A DNA stretch of 64,000 nucleotides from Eledone cirrhosa (lineage: Eukaryota): positions 75,888,001 through 75,952,000 of the forward strand of contig OZ024740.1 in assembly GCA_964016885.1 (NCBI GenBank). The letters are read 5' to 3'. Position 1 is the stretch's first letter. Each line of letters begins with the position of its first letter. Position numbers and translations under genes: made by a program. The notes under the pieces were generated by a model. The model did not search any database. It was not told the DNA's origin and saw only the letters and a list, made by a program, of their open reading frames with translations. This document shows positions 1 through 12,912 of this stretch, piece after piece.

Positions 1-2985
1 GTTGTAGAAATGCTTGAACGTAAGGAGGTCGATGTTTGTTGTATTCAAGAGACCAGGTGGAGGGGAGGGTCGGCTAGATTCATCGTGGGTAAAGAGCGAT
101 GCTATAAGCTTTTCTGGGTGGGAAATGACAATGGGTTGGGTGGGGCAGGAATCATGGTAGCAGAAAAGTGGGCAGATAAGATAATAGACGTAAATAGAGT
201 GAACGACAGAATAATTAAAATAAGACTTGTCCTCAATAAAACTACGGTGACAGTAATATCTGCGTACGCACCCCAATCCGGACTGCCCCGCGCTATAAAA
301 GACAGATTCTACGAGACACTGATGCTCGCTACCTCCCAAATAACCGACAGTGACTATATAGTTATTGCTGGCGACCTAAATGGTCACGTTGGACAACATT
401 GTGACGGCTATGACGGAATCCATGGAGGCTATGGGTTCGGTACTAGAAATGAGGAAGGCTCCAGAATCCTGGAATTCTGCGTCGCAAATAACTTAACTAT
501 CTGTAACACTAACTTCAAAAAACGAGACAATCACTTGATCACCTATAGATCGGGGGAACACACAAGCCAGGTAGATTATATCCTTACCAGAAGACGTGAC
601 AGAGTGTCTGTTGTTAACACTAAATCCCACCCCCATGAAGAATTCACCTCCCAACATAGACTGATAATTAGCGACCTCATCGTCAGGACGAGACGTACTA
701 GACAGCGAAAGAGGACTATCCTCAGGAGAAAAATATGGAAGCTAAAGGACCCCATAGCCATAAATAAATTTCAAAGCAAATTACTTGACGCTTTCAACAG
801 TAAGGAAGAGCAATTAGAGTCGTATAATATAGAGGAACAGTGGGAATTCCTGAGAGCAAACCTGCTGACGGCGGCAGACGAAGTCTGTGGCTGGAGCAGG
901 CCTGTAGGTAGGAGGAGAGTAACATGGTGGTGGAACAGTAAGGTGGAGGAGTCAATTAAGGCCAAAAAGCAGGCTTGGAAAGTATGGCGGGATGGGGGAA
1001 GTAGAGAAGACTATCAAGTGGCCAGGAGGGAAGCTAGGAGACAAGTGTACTTCGCAAGAAGGGAAGCAGAGGAAAGAAAGTTCAAGCATGTTCTACAACG
1101 TGAGGACCAAAAACGTGAGGTGTTCAGGATTGCCAGGCAATGTGTCAAGGAAAACCGTGATATTGTCGGGGAGAAGTGTGTACTTAACGATGATGGCATA
1201 CTTGCCATCACCGACGCTGATAAGAAGGTAGCTTGGAAGTGTCACTACGAAAGGCTTCTAAATGAGGAGAACAAATGGGAGAAAGACAGTCTCCCCCAGA
1301 TCGATCCAATAGAGGGACCAGCAGTGTTAGTTGAAGGTAGTATAATAAGTAAGGCAATCAAAGATATGAAGACGGGTAAGGCGGCTGGGCCTTCGGAAAT
1401 AGTTGCTGAGATGCTGAAGGCATCTGGTTCGGTGGGACACACCATGGTCACCCGGATAGTTAACCAAGTCGTACAGAATGGGGTTGTTCCGAAGGAATGG
1501 CGTAGCAGCATCATCGTTAACTGCTATAAGGGAAAAGGAGATGCCCTAGATAGGTGTAACTATAGAGGCATTAAATTAATCGACCAGGTCATGAAGGTCA
1601 CGGAAAAAGTAATAGCGCAACTAATCAGAGAGAGAATTGACCTAGATGAAATGCAGTTCGGGTTTGTGTCAGGCAAAAGCACCACAGACGCTCTTTTCAT
1701 AGTACGACAACTACAGGAGAAGTACCTAGCTAAAAGTAAACCCCTATACTTAGCTTTTGTCGACTTGGAGAAAGCCTTCGACAGAGTCCCCCGTTCCATT
1801 ATCTGGTGGTCTCTTAGAAAACTAGGTGTTGACGAATGGCTTGTGAGAGCTATACAAGCCATGTATAAAGAAACAGTCAGTAAGGTTAGAATTAACAACG
1901 AATATAGTGAAGAGTTTAGCGTAAAAGTTGGTGTCCATCAGGGCTCTGTACTTAGCCCCCTACTATTTATTATTGCCCTTCAGGCTATAACAGAGGAGTT
2001 CAAGACCGGCTGCCCATGGGAACTCCTATACGCAGATGATCTAACGCTCATAGCTGAATCAATGACCGAACTAGAGAAGAAATTCCAAACGTGGAAGCAC
2101 GGCCTAGAATCAAAAGGCCTTAAAATTAACCTGGCTAAGACTAAAGTTCTAGTTTGTAGGAAAGAAAATAAGGCGGCGGTCCCATCGGGGAAATGGCCAT
2201 GCTCAGTGTGTAGGAAAGGCGCAGGTAGAAACTCCATTTTATGTCCCAAATGCAAAGTATGGGTGCATAAAAGATGTAGTGGGATCACAGGTAAGCTAAC
2301 TAAGAACATAGATTTTACATGTGGCCGGTGCTCTGGTGCAATAAGTAGCAGCAAGTGCCCACAAAATACTAGCTCCTTCAACTGCGCAGAGGTTTCTATA
2401 GAAATAGTGGACAGCTTCCGTTATCTGGGTGACAAAATCAGCAGTGGGGGAGGGTGCTCTGAAAGTACAGTAGCTAGAGTCAGAACTGGATGGAAAAAGT
2501 TCAGAGAGCTTATACCACTATTAGCCGCTAGAGGGTTCTCCCTAAAAATGAAAGGCAGGTTATACGATGCCTGCATACGAACAGCAATGCTGCATGGCAG
2601 TGAGACCTGGGCATTGTGTGCAGAGGATATACGCAGACTAGAGAGGAACGAAGCTTGCATGCTCCGCTGGATGTGCAATAGTAATATACGTGAACGGCAA
2701 AGCATAAACGAACTAAGAAAAAAATTAGAAATAAGAGGGATCAGATGTTGTTTACTCGAGAGAAGGCTACGTTGGTACGGTCACGTGATGCGCATGAAAG
2801 ACGACAGCTGTATAACAAAGTGCAGGGCAATAAAGATAGACGGTAGCCACGGAGTAGGCAGACCCAGAAAAACATGGGACGAGCTGATAAATTCCGACCT
2901 CACACGCTTACACCTCTCCAAGACAATGTCACTGGACCGAGACCTTTGGCGGTACTCAGTAATAGAGAAGACCCGCCTTACCTAA
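1..2985 (+). CDS. RTE/BovB-clade LINE (family A) single ORF: APE endonuclease + reverse transcriptase with internal PHD-like finger; open at window start, intact to stop
   Basis: APE motifs (IQETRW, SAYAPQ, GDLNGH, VDYIL, SQHR); RT motifs (NYRGIKL, QFGF, FVDLEKAFD, GVHQGSVLSPLLF, YADD, FRYLG); RTE C-terminus ([17 protein letters not shown]). Confidence 0.95.
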   Translation, partial: VVEMLERKEVDVCCIQETRWRGGSARFIVGKERCYKLFWVGNDNGLGGAGIMVAEKWADKIIDVNRVNDRIIKIRLVLNKTTVTVISAYAPQSGLPRAIKDRFYETLMLATSQITDSDYIVIAGDLNGHVGQHCDGYDGIHGGYGFGTRNEEGSRILEFCVANNLTICNTNFKKRDNHLITYRSGEHTSQVDYILTRRRDRVSVVNTKSHPHEEFTSQHRLIISDLIVRTRRTRQRKRTILRRKIWKLKDPIAINKFQSKLLDAFNSKEEQLESYNIEEQWEFLRANLLTAADEVCGWSRPVGRRRVTWWWNSKVEESIKAKKQAWKVWRDGGSREDYQVARREARRQVYFARREAEERKFKHVLQREDQKREVFRIARQCVKENRDIVGEKCVLNDDGILAITDADKKVAWKCHYERLLNEENKWEKDSLPQIDPIEGPAVLVEGSIISKAIKDMKTGKAAGPSEIVAEMLKASGSVGHTMVTRIVNQVVQNGVVPKEWRSSIIVNCYKGKGDALDRCNYRGIKLIDQVMKVTEKVIAQLIRERIDLDEMQFGFVSGKSTTDALFIVRQLQEKYLAKSKPLYLAFVDLEKAFDRVPRSIIWWSLRKLGVDEWLVRAIQAMYKETVSKVRINNEYSEEFSVKVGVHQGSVLSPLLFIIALQAITEEFKTGCPWELLYADDLTLIAESMTELEKKFQTWKHGLESKGLKINLAKTKVLVCRKENKAAVPSGKWPCSVCRKGAGRNSILCPKCKVWVHKRCSGITGKLTKNIDFTCGRCSGAISSSKCPQNTSSFNCAEVSIEIVDSFRYLGDKISSGGGCSESTVARVRTGWKKFRELIPLLAARGFSLKMKGRLYDACIRTAMLHGSETWALCAEDIRRLERNEACMLRWMCNSNIRERQSINELRKKLEIRGIRCCLLERRLRWYGHVMRMKDDSCITKCRAIKIDGSHGVGRPRKTWDELINSDLTRLHLSKTMSLDRDLWRYSVIEKTRLT

Positions 2986-3474
2986 ATACAAAGTAAAAAT
3001 CTACTACAGTCAGTAGGCACCTCTATCAAAACACACCCCCGTCCCACCACCTCCACACCGCCCCTTTCAATGTAAAGTTATGTTGGTCCCACAACATCCA
3101 GGCCGAAACAAATGAGATCGTGTAGGTGTCACGACAAAAAACACACAGTCCACGCTGTAAATGTGGCCGTGTAGGCAACACGGTAAAAACCTCCCAGCCC
3201 CACACTGTAAATGTGGTTGGTGTTAGGAAGGGCATCCAGCTGTAGAAAACCCGCCAGACAGTCCACGCTGTAATGTGGCCGTGTAGGCAACACGGTAAAA
3301 ACCTCCCAGCCCCACACTGTAAATGTGGTTGGTGTTAGGAAGGGCATCCAACTGTAGAAAACCCGCCAGACAGTCCTATGCGAGCAAGACAACCACTCTT
3401 GCCTCAAGTTGGAAAACCCCCGTCCAAACCCATGCAAGCGTGGAACACGGACGCTAAACCTGATGATGATGATG

Positions 3475-3475
<1 letters not shown>
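2986..3475 (+). mobile_element. 3' UTR of RTE family A copy 1, with ~112-bp tandem duplication and (GAT)n tail
   Basis: GGTTGGTGTTAGGAAGGGCATCCA occurs twice; ends ...GGAACACGGACGCTAAACC(TGA)n, then (TA)n. Confidence 0.9.
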
Positions 3476-3507
<32 letters not shown>

Positions 3508-3730
3508 TATATATATATATACACATATATATATATATATATATACACATATATATATATATATATACACATATATATATATATATACACATATATATAT
3601 ATATATACACATATATATATATATATACACACATATATATATATATACACACATATATATATATATACACACATATATATATATATACACACATATATAT
3701 ATATATATATACACATATATATATATATAT

Positions 3731-3767
<37 letters not shown>

Positions 3768-3770
3768 TAT
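3476..3770. repeat. (TA)n microsatellite with periodic CA variants, between two tail-to-tail RTEs
   Basis: Direct reading. Confidence 0.97.
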
Positions 3771-6740
3771 CATCATCATCATCAATGTTTAACGTCCGTT
3801 GTCCACGCTTACATGGGTTTGGACGGGGGTTTTCCCACTTGAGGCAAGAGTGATTGTCTTGCTCACATAGGACTGTCTGGCGGGTTTTCTACAGCTGGAT
3901 GCCCTTCCTAACACCAACCACATTTACAGTGTGGGGCTGGGAGGTTTTTACCGTGTTGCCTACACGGCCACATTACAACGTGGACTATCTGGCGGGTTTT
4001 CTACAGCTGGATGCCCTTCCTAACACTAACCAGATTTACAGTGTGGGGTTGGGAGGTTTTTACCGTGTTGCCTACACGGCCACATTACAGCGTGGACTGT
4101 GTGTTTTTTGTCGTGACACCTACACGATCTCATTTGTTTCGGCCTGGAAGTTGTGGCACCAACATAACTTTACATTGAAAGGGGCGGTGTGGATGGGGTG
4201 GGGGTGGTGGGACGGGGGTGTATTTTGTTAGAGATGCCTACTGACTGTAGTAGGTTTACTTTGTATTTAGGTAAGGTGGGTCTTCTCTATTACTGAGTAC
4301 CGCCAAAGGTCTCGGTCCAGTGACATTGTCTTGGAGAGGTGTAACTGTGTGAGGTCGGAATTTATCAGCTCGTCCCATGTTTTTCTGGGTCTACCTACTC
4401 CGTAGCTACCGTCTATCTTTATTGCCCTGCACTTTGTTATACAGCTGTCGTCTTTCATGCGCATCACGTGACCATACCAACGTAGCCTTCTCTCGAGTAA
4501 ACAACATCTGATCCCTCTTATTTCTAATTTTTTCCTTAGTTCGCTTATGCTTTGCTGTTCATGTATGTTACTATTACACATCCAGCGGAGCATGCAAGCT
4601 TCGTTCCTCTCTAGTCTGCGTATATCCTCTGCACACAATGCCCAGGTCTCACTGCCATGCAACATTGCTGTTCGTATGCAGGCATCATACAACCTGCCTT
4701 TCATTCTTCGGGAGAACCCTTTAGCGCCTAATAGTGGTATAAGCTCTCTGAACTTTTTCCATCCAGTTCTGACTCTAGCTACTGTACTTTCAGAGCACCC
4801 TCCCCCACTGCTGATTTTGTCACCCAGGTAACGGAAGCTGTCCACTATTTCTATAGAACCCTCTGCGCAATTGAAAGAGCTAGTATTTAGTGGGCACTTG
4901 CTGCTACTTATTGCACCAGAGCACCGGCCACATGTAAAATCTATGTTCTTAGTTAGCTTACCTGTGATCCCACTACATCTTTTATGCACCCATACTTTGC
5001 ATTTGAGACATAAAATGGAGTTTCTACCTATGCCTTTCCTACACACTGAGCATGGCCATTTCCCGGAAGGGACCGGCGCCTTATTTTCTTTCCTACAAAC
5101 TAGAACTTTAGTCTTAGCCAGGTTAATTTTAAGGCCTTTTGATTCTAGGCCGTGCTTCCATGTTTGGAATTTCTTCTCTAGCTCAGCCATTGATTCAGCT
5201 ATGAGCGTTAGTTCATCTGTGTATAGGAGTTCCCATGGGCAGCCGGTCTTGAACTCCTCTGTTATAGCCTGAAGGGCAATGATAAATAGTAGGGGGCTAA
5301 GAACAGAGCCCTGATGGACACCAACTTTTATGCTAAACTCTTCACTATATTCGTTGTTAATTCTAACCTTGCTGACTGTTTCTTTATACATGGCTTGTAT
5401 AGCTCTCACAAGCCATTCGTCAACACCTAGTTTTCTAAGAGCCCACCAGATAATGGAACGGGGGACTCTGTCGAAGGATTTCTCCAAGTCAACAAAAGCT
5501 AAGTATAGGGGTTTACTTTTAGCTAGGTACTTCTCCTGTAGTTGTCGTACAATGAAAAGAGCGGCTGTGGTACTTTTGCCTGACACAAACCCGAACTGCA
5601 TTTCATCTAGATCAATTCCCTCTCTGATTAGTTGCGCTATTAGTTTTTCCGTGACCTTCATGACCTGGTCGTTTAATTTAATGACTCTATAGTTACACCT
5701 ATCTAGGGCATCTCCTTTACCCTTGTAAAAGTTAATGATGATGCTGCTACGCCAGTCCTTCGGAACAACCCCATTCTGTATGACTTGGTTTACTATCCGG
5801 GAGACCATGGTGTGTCCCACCGTTCCAGAGGCTTTCAGCATCTCAGCAACTATTTCCGAAGGCCCAGCCGCCTTACCCGCCTTCATATCTTTGATTGCCT
5901 TACTTATTATACTACCTTCGACTAACACTGCTGGTCCCTCTATTGGGTCGATGTGGGGGAGACTGTCTTTCTCTCATTTGTTCTCCTCATTTAGAAGCCT
6001 TTCGTAGTGACACTTCCAAGCTACCTTCTTATCAGCGTCAGTGATGGCAAGTATGCCATCATCATTAAGTACACACTTCTCCCCGACAATATCACATTTT
6101 TCCTTGACACATTGCCTAGCAATCCTGAACACCTCACGTTTTTGGTCCTCACGTTGTAGAACATGTTTGAACTTTCTTTCCTCTGCTTCCCTTCTTGCGG
6201 AGTACACTTGTCTCCTAGCTTCCCTCCTGGCCACTTGATAGTCTTCTCTACTTCCCACATCCCGCCATACTTTCCAAGCCTGCTTTTTGGCCTTAATTGA
6301 CTCCTCCACCTTACTGTTCCACCACCACGTTACTCTCCTCCTGTCTATAGGCCTGCTCCAGCCACAGACTTCGTCTGCCGCCGTCAGCAGGTTTGCTTTC
6401 AGGAATTCCCACTGTTCCTCTATATTATACGACTCTAATTGCTCTTCCTTACTGTCGAAAGCATCAAGTAATATGCTTTGAAATTTATTTCTGGCTGTGG
6501 GGTCCTTTAGCTTCCATATTTTTCTCCTGAGGATAGTCCTCTTCTGCTGTCTAGTACGTCTCGTCCTGACTATGAGGTCGCTAATTATCAGTCTATGTTG
6601 GGAGGTGCATTCTTCATGGGGGAGGGATTTAGTGTTAACAACAGACACTCTGTCACGTCTTCTGGTCAGGATATAATCTACCTGGCTTGTGTGTTCCCCG
6701 ATCTATAGGTGATCAGGTGATTGTCTCGTTTTTTGAAGTT

Positions 6741-6742
<2 letters not shown>
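3771..6742 (-). mobile_element. RTE family A copy 2, 5'-truncated, inactive
   Basis: Reverse complement of 509-3475; premature stop at 5974 (ENK*), catalytic YADD changed to YTDE; (CAT)n tail at 3771-3784; 5' break abuts (TA)n. Confidence 0.95.
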
Positions 6743-6787
<45 letters not shown>

Positions 6788-6904
6788 GGTGGGCGAGATA
6801 TGTCTTCTCTTGTGAAAATGGGTATAGCTTTCATTATCTAAAATCTCCCCTTTTTGCCTCATTTCTCCCCGTTTTGGGACACTTTTTTTCATGGTACTCC
6901 CATT

Positions 6905-7035
6905 TGGGTTTTTAGAGGTTGGCAGGTCTGAAAAGTTGACCTCAGCAAGATTTGGACTCATAGTGCTGAGAGTTGGAAAAGATACTGCAAAGCATTCTAA
7001 CTGACATTCTAACGACTCTGCCAGTCTGTCGCCTC
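6905..7035 (-). mobile_element. Degenerate tRNA-derived SINE head
   Basis: Reverse strand AGGCGACAGACTGGCAGAGTCGTTAG...TGAGTCCAAATCTTGCTGAGGTCAACTTT resembles the SINE at 39056. Confidence 0.55.
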
Positions 7036-7118
7036 TTTATACATCTAGAATACCATTATAAAATTTCCGCGGAAAAACTGTGTGTGTGTATATACAACTC
7101 TGAATCAATAGATGAAAT

Positions 7119-10100
7119 ATGAATCTGCGAGCTACCAAGCACCCACGTGAAGCGCCAACCCAGAGACCCTCCCCTACGAGTGTCGACAAATGCCCAAAAC
7201 TCCGAGTTGGTACCATCAATGTAGGCTCAATGAAAGGAAGAGCAGGAGAAATCGTAGAAATGCTAGAGCGAAAGGAAGTTGATGTATGCTGTGTGCAAGA
7301 GACTAGATGGAGAGGAGGGTCTGCTAGAGTCCTTGTAGGAAAAAGCCAGTGCTACAAATTTTTCTGGGTGGGAAATGACGATGGGATGGGTGGTGTAGGT
7401 ATACTATTAGCTGACAAGTGGGTAGATAAAGTAATCTCAGTGTACAGGGTAAATGCAAGAATCATTAAACTCAGACTAGTCCTGAATAAGACAATTACCA
7501 CAATAATATCAGCTTACGCACCCCAATCGGGGCTGCCAGACGAACTTAAGGATAGGTTTTACGAGTCCCTAATACACACTACTGCTCTAACAGACGACAA
7601 GGACTTCCTAATCATTGCAGGAGATTTTAACGGACACGTAGGTAAACACTGCGACGGCTTCAATAGAGTACATGGAGGCCATGGAGTTGGCACAAGGAAT
7701 GAGGAAGGATTCAGACTTCTAGAATTCTGCGACGCCAATGACATGTCGATATGTAACACAAACTTTAAAAAACCCGACAACCACCTGATCACCTATAGAT
7801 CAGGGGAGCACTCTAGTCAGTTAGATTTTATCCTCATCAGAGGACGTGACAGATGGACGGTCGTAAACACAAAAGCCTTCCCTAGTGAGGAATGTACATC
7901 CCAACATAGCTTAGTTGTCAGCGACCTCACGGTCAGAACTAGACGAGCCCTGAAACAGAGGCCAACCTGGAGAAGAAAGATCTGGAAGCTGAAAGTCCCC
8001 TCAACCAGTAACAGATTTAAAGATATTTTACTCAACGCCTACGACAGTAAAGAAGAACAGATAGAGACATTTAACGTAGAAGAGAACTGGGAGTTCCTAA
8101 AAAATAACTTACTAGAGGCGACGGATGAGGTTTGTGGCTGGAGTAAGAACTCAAGCAGGAGGAGAGTGACTTGGTGGTGGAACAATAAGGTAGATGAAGC
8201 AGTCAAGGCCAAGAGACAGGCATGGAAAGAATGGAAGAACGGGGGGAGCAGGGTACATTACATAGAGACCAAGAGGGAAGCTAGGCGTCAAGTATACTTA
8301 GCTAGGAGGGAAGCAGAGGATAGAAAATTCAAGCATGTTTTACAACATGAGGACCAGAAACAGGAGGTATTCAAGATTGCGAGGCAGTGTGTCAGAGATA
8401 GTTGTGATGTCATTGGAGAGAAGTGTATCCGGAATGATAAAGGTGAACTTGCCCTCACAAGTGCTGAGAAGAAAGATGCATGGAAGAGTCATTATGATAG
8501 ATTACTAAATGAGGAGAGTGCATGGGAAGAAGAGACCCTAACCCACGTAGAACCTATAGAGGGACCAGCAGTACAAGTCAGCGGCAGCGTAGTAAGTAAG
8601 GCAATCAAAGATATGAAGATGGGGAAGGCAACCGGTCCATCGGGTATAGCTGCCGAGATGCTGAAGGCATCTGGGTCTGTAGGTCACACTATAACCACAC
8701 GTATCGTTAACCAGGTAATACTAGAGGGGGCCATACCAAAAGATTGGTGCAGTAGCATCATTGTCAACTGCTACAAAGGTAAAGGCGATGCACTAGATAG
8801 AGGAAACTATAGAGGTATAAAGTTGATGGACCAGGTCATGAAAGTAACAGAAAGAGTTATAGCACAGCTGATTAGGGACCGGGTGAATATAGACGAGATG
8901 CAATTTGGGTTTGTACCAGGGAAAGGCACCACTGATGCCCTCTTCCTTGTGAGGCAATTACAGGAAAAGTACCTAGCTAAAAGTAAGCCACTCTACTTGG
9001 CATTTGTCGACCTTGAGAAAGCCTTTGACAGAGTTCCACGTGCAGTAATCTGGTGGGCTCTTAGAAAACTAGGAGTAGATGAATGGCTTGTGAAAGCGGT
9101 ACAAGCCATGTATAGGGGAGCAGTCAGCAAAGTTAGGATTGGCAATGAGTATAGCGAGGAATTTAGCGTACAGGTTGGGGTCCACCAGGGCTCTGTTCTT
9201 AGCCCTCTCCTGTTCATCATAGTCCTGCAGGCAATAACGGAGGAGTTTAAGACCGGATGCCCATGGGAACTCCTGTATGCTGATGACCTCGCACTCATAG
9301 CTGAATCTATGGTAGAACTAGAGAATAAATTCCAAACCTGGAAGCAGGGACTAGAGAGAAAGGGCCTCAAAGTCAACATGACAAAGACTAAGGTCCTTAT
9401 AAGTAGACAAGAAAACAGAACCCAGATCCCCTCAGGGAAATGGCCTTGCTCAGTATGTAGGAAAGGTGTAGGTAGGAACTCCATTCTCTGCCCCAAATGC
9501 AAACAATGGGTACACAAGAGATGTAGCGGGATCTCAGGAAGCTTAATTAAGAATGTAGGATTCACATGCAGCAGCTGTGCTGAAACAGCAAGCAAACAGC
9601 CACAGGAAACAAGTACCACCAATCTCTGGGAGGGCCCTGTAGAAACAGTAGACAGCTTCTGCTACCTAGGTGACCGAATTAGCAACGGAGGTGGGTGCTC
9701 AGAAAGTACAATAACTAGGGTAAGAATGGGATGGAAGAAGTTTAGGGAACTACTACCACTGCTAGCTGCAAAAGGCTTCTCCCTCAGAATGAAAGGCAGA
9801 CTGTATGATGCGTGTATCCGAACAGCGATGTTGCATGGTAGTGAGACCTGGGCGCTGAAGGTGGAAGAGTTACGTAGATTAGAGAGAAACGAAGCCTGCA
9901 TGCTCCGATGGATGTATAACAGTAATATACGTGAACGACAAAGCATAAAGGAATTGAGAGAGAGACTGAGCATAAGAGGAATCAAATGCTGCGTGCAGGA
10001 GAGGCGGTTACGCTGGTATGGACATGTGATGCGTATGAAGGATGACAGCTGCATAAAAAGGTGCAGAGCACTAGAAGTTGATGGAAACCGCGGAGTGGGG

Positions 10101-10238
10101 AGACCCAAGATGACTTGGGATGAGGTGATAAAAGCGGACCTTACCCAACTACACCTCTCAAAGTCAATGACACACGACCGTGACTTCTGGCGTCACGCAG
10201 TAATACAGGGTACCCGACCTCCCATGGGTACATGCTGA
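7119..10238 (+). CDS. RTE/BovB-clade LINE (family B), intact 1039-aa ORF: APE + RT + PHD-like finger
   Basis: Complete APE N-terminus (LRVGTINVGSM...VQETRW), YADD and GRPKMTW with no stops; clearly diverged from family A. The true start codon is uncertain. Confidence 0.95.
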   Translation: MNLRATKHPREAPTQRPSPTSVDKCPKLRVGTINVGSMKGRAGEIVEMLERKEVDVCCVQETRWRGGSARVLVGKSQCYKFFWVGNDDGMGGVGILLADKWVDKVISVYRVNARIIKLRLVLNKTITTIISAYAPQSGLPDELKDRFYESLIHTTALTDDKDFLIIAGDFNGHVGKHCDGFNRVHGGHGVGTRNEEGFRLLEFCDANDMSICNTNFKKPDNHLITYRSGEHSSQLDFILIRGRDRWTVVNTKAFPSEECTSQHSLVVSDLTVRTRRALKQRPTWRRKIWKLKVPSTSNRFKDILLNAYDSKEEQIETFNVEENWEFLKNNLLEATDEVCGWSKNSSRRRVTWWWNNKVDEAVKAKRQAWKEWKNGGSRVHYIETKREARRQVYLARREAEDRKFKHVLQHEDQKQEVFKIARQCVRDSCDVIGEKCIRNDKGELALTSAEKKDAWKSHYDRLLNEESAWEEETLTHVEPIEGPAVQVSGSVVSKAIKDMKMGKATGPSGIAAEMLKASGSVGHTITTRIVNQVILEGAIPKDWCSSIIVNCYKGKGDALDRGNYRGIKLMDQVMKVTERVIAQLIRDRVNIDEMQFGFVPGKGTTDALFLVRQLQEKYLAKSKPLYLAFVDLEKAFDRVPRAVIWWALRKLGVDEWLVKAVQAMYRGAVSKVRIGNEYSEEFSVQVGVHQGSVLSPLLFIIVLQAITEEFKTGCPWELLYADDLALIAESMVELENKFQTWKQGLERKGLKVNMTKTKVLISRQENRTQIPSGKWPCSVCRKGVGRNSILCPKCKQWVHKRCSGISGSLIKNVGFTCSSCAETASKQPQETSTTNLWEGPVETVDSFCYLGDRISNGGGCSESTITRVRMGWKKFRELLPLLAAKGFSLRMKGRLYDACIRTAMLHGSETWALKVEELRRLERNEACMLRWMYNSNIRERQSIKELRERLSIRGIKCCVQERRLRWYGHVMRMKDDSCIKRCRALEVDGNRGVGRPKMTWDEVIKADLTQLHLSKSMTHDRDFWRHAVIQGTRPPMGTC

Positions 10239-10851
<613 letters not shown>

Positions 10852-11252
10852 GGTGGCTGCCAACTCGTTTTCGAGTACGGCCACTACTTTATATCCATGT
10901 AGGAGAACCCCTACCGATGCGCTGAACGAATGTGACTTTTTAGTCCAGCCAGTGACTTGAAAACTCTGGTACAAAGACTACACTTGTGACCATTATTGAC
11001 ACATAGTGCAGGGCCCATGGTACCATGTGATGACAAGTGCAGAGAGATCTCCAGATATAAAGCAATGCCTGTGCTGTGAAGCTTTTATAGTGAGCAAAGG
11101 CACTGCACAAAGCCAGTCCCACTCTCTTAACCAAGATGATATTTACCAAAAAGAAGAACAAGTCAACATCATTGGATACCATCAGGGTTGCAGGTGTTAT
11201 ATCAGAGTTTTCCTTCTCCTAGAATTCTGCCTTGACAAAGGCTAAGGGGTCA

Positions 11253-11288
<36 letters not shown>

Positions 11289-11411
11289 CGAAGGAAATGT
11301 GGTAAGGAACCAGGTGGACCATAACGCACCAAAGTACTCAATACTTGAGGTAGTAGAGTGGGTAATAGGAACCAGTAAGACCCCGACAGCTGAGCTCAAG
11401 CCGTTTCTTGA

Positions 11412-12082
<671 letters not shown>

Positions 12083-12173
12083 TCATCATCATCATCAACG
12101 TTTAATGTCCGTGTTCCACGCTTGCATGGGTTTGGACGGGGGTATTCCCACTTGAGGCAAAAGTGATTGTCTT
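12083..12173 (-). mobile_element. RTE family A extreme 3' end fragment
   Basis: (CAT)n + AACGTTTAATGTCCGTGTTCCACGCTTGCATGGGTTTGGACGGGGG matches the family A tail. Confidence 0.85.
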
Positions 12174-12912
12174 GGTTATGTGTATATGGGAGTTTTGTGT
12201 CTGCGTGAGTATGCAGGTTCGTACGTATGGTGGGTGTGTGTATATGTGTACTTCTTGTTTTAGTTGACTTACGTCTCCGAACCTTCATGTATTTATTTGT
12301 AGGTATGTGTGTGCGCTTGTTATATACGTATTTATTTACTTATATACGTTTATATAATTATTTATTTATTTGTACACAAGCATACACACATGCACATATT
12401 TATATGTGCGTGGTTTTGTATACCTATGGTAGGGTTTTGCGTATGCTTGTGTATGTACGTATCTGTTTGCGTGTATGTATTTATTTGTTCCTATACTTCT
12501 GTATTGTATTTATTTACTTTGTTCTTAACTCTGTAGCGGAGATTCATTCGGTCTCCTAGTTAGAATTTTAGTCTACGACTTCTGCTATACCATTTACGTG
12601 GTTTTGTCTTTGCACGCTATTGTTCTCCACGCTCCACATATGACTTATTATCTTCGTTTTTTCGTTCATTGCCAGAGAACGTCTCTATGCACCACTTAGA
12701 GAACATTAGTCTATGACCTCTTTTATACCATAAACGTGGTTCTGTCCTCGCACGTAATTGTTTTTCACCGCTCCTATTAATGACGTATTATTCGTTTTTT
12801 CCCGTTCTTTGCCAGCGAACGTCACCACGAACCAAAGTATCGTCTTCCTGTCTTCCTCTGGTTGCAACGTTTTTTGAAATATCCAGTTCTGCGTTTACAG
12901 ATTGACTTTGTT

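Noticed and set aside
576-2705. Recurrent antisense ORFs within RTE copies
   Set aside because: Shadows of the sense ORF; repeated only because the element is repeated.
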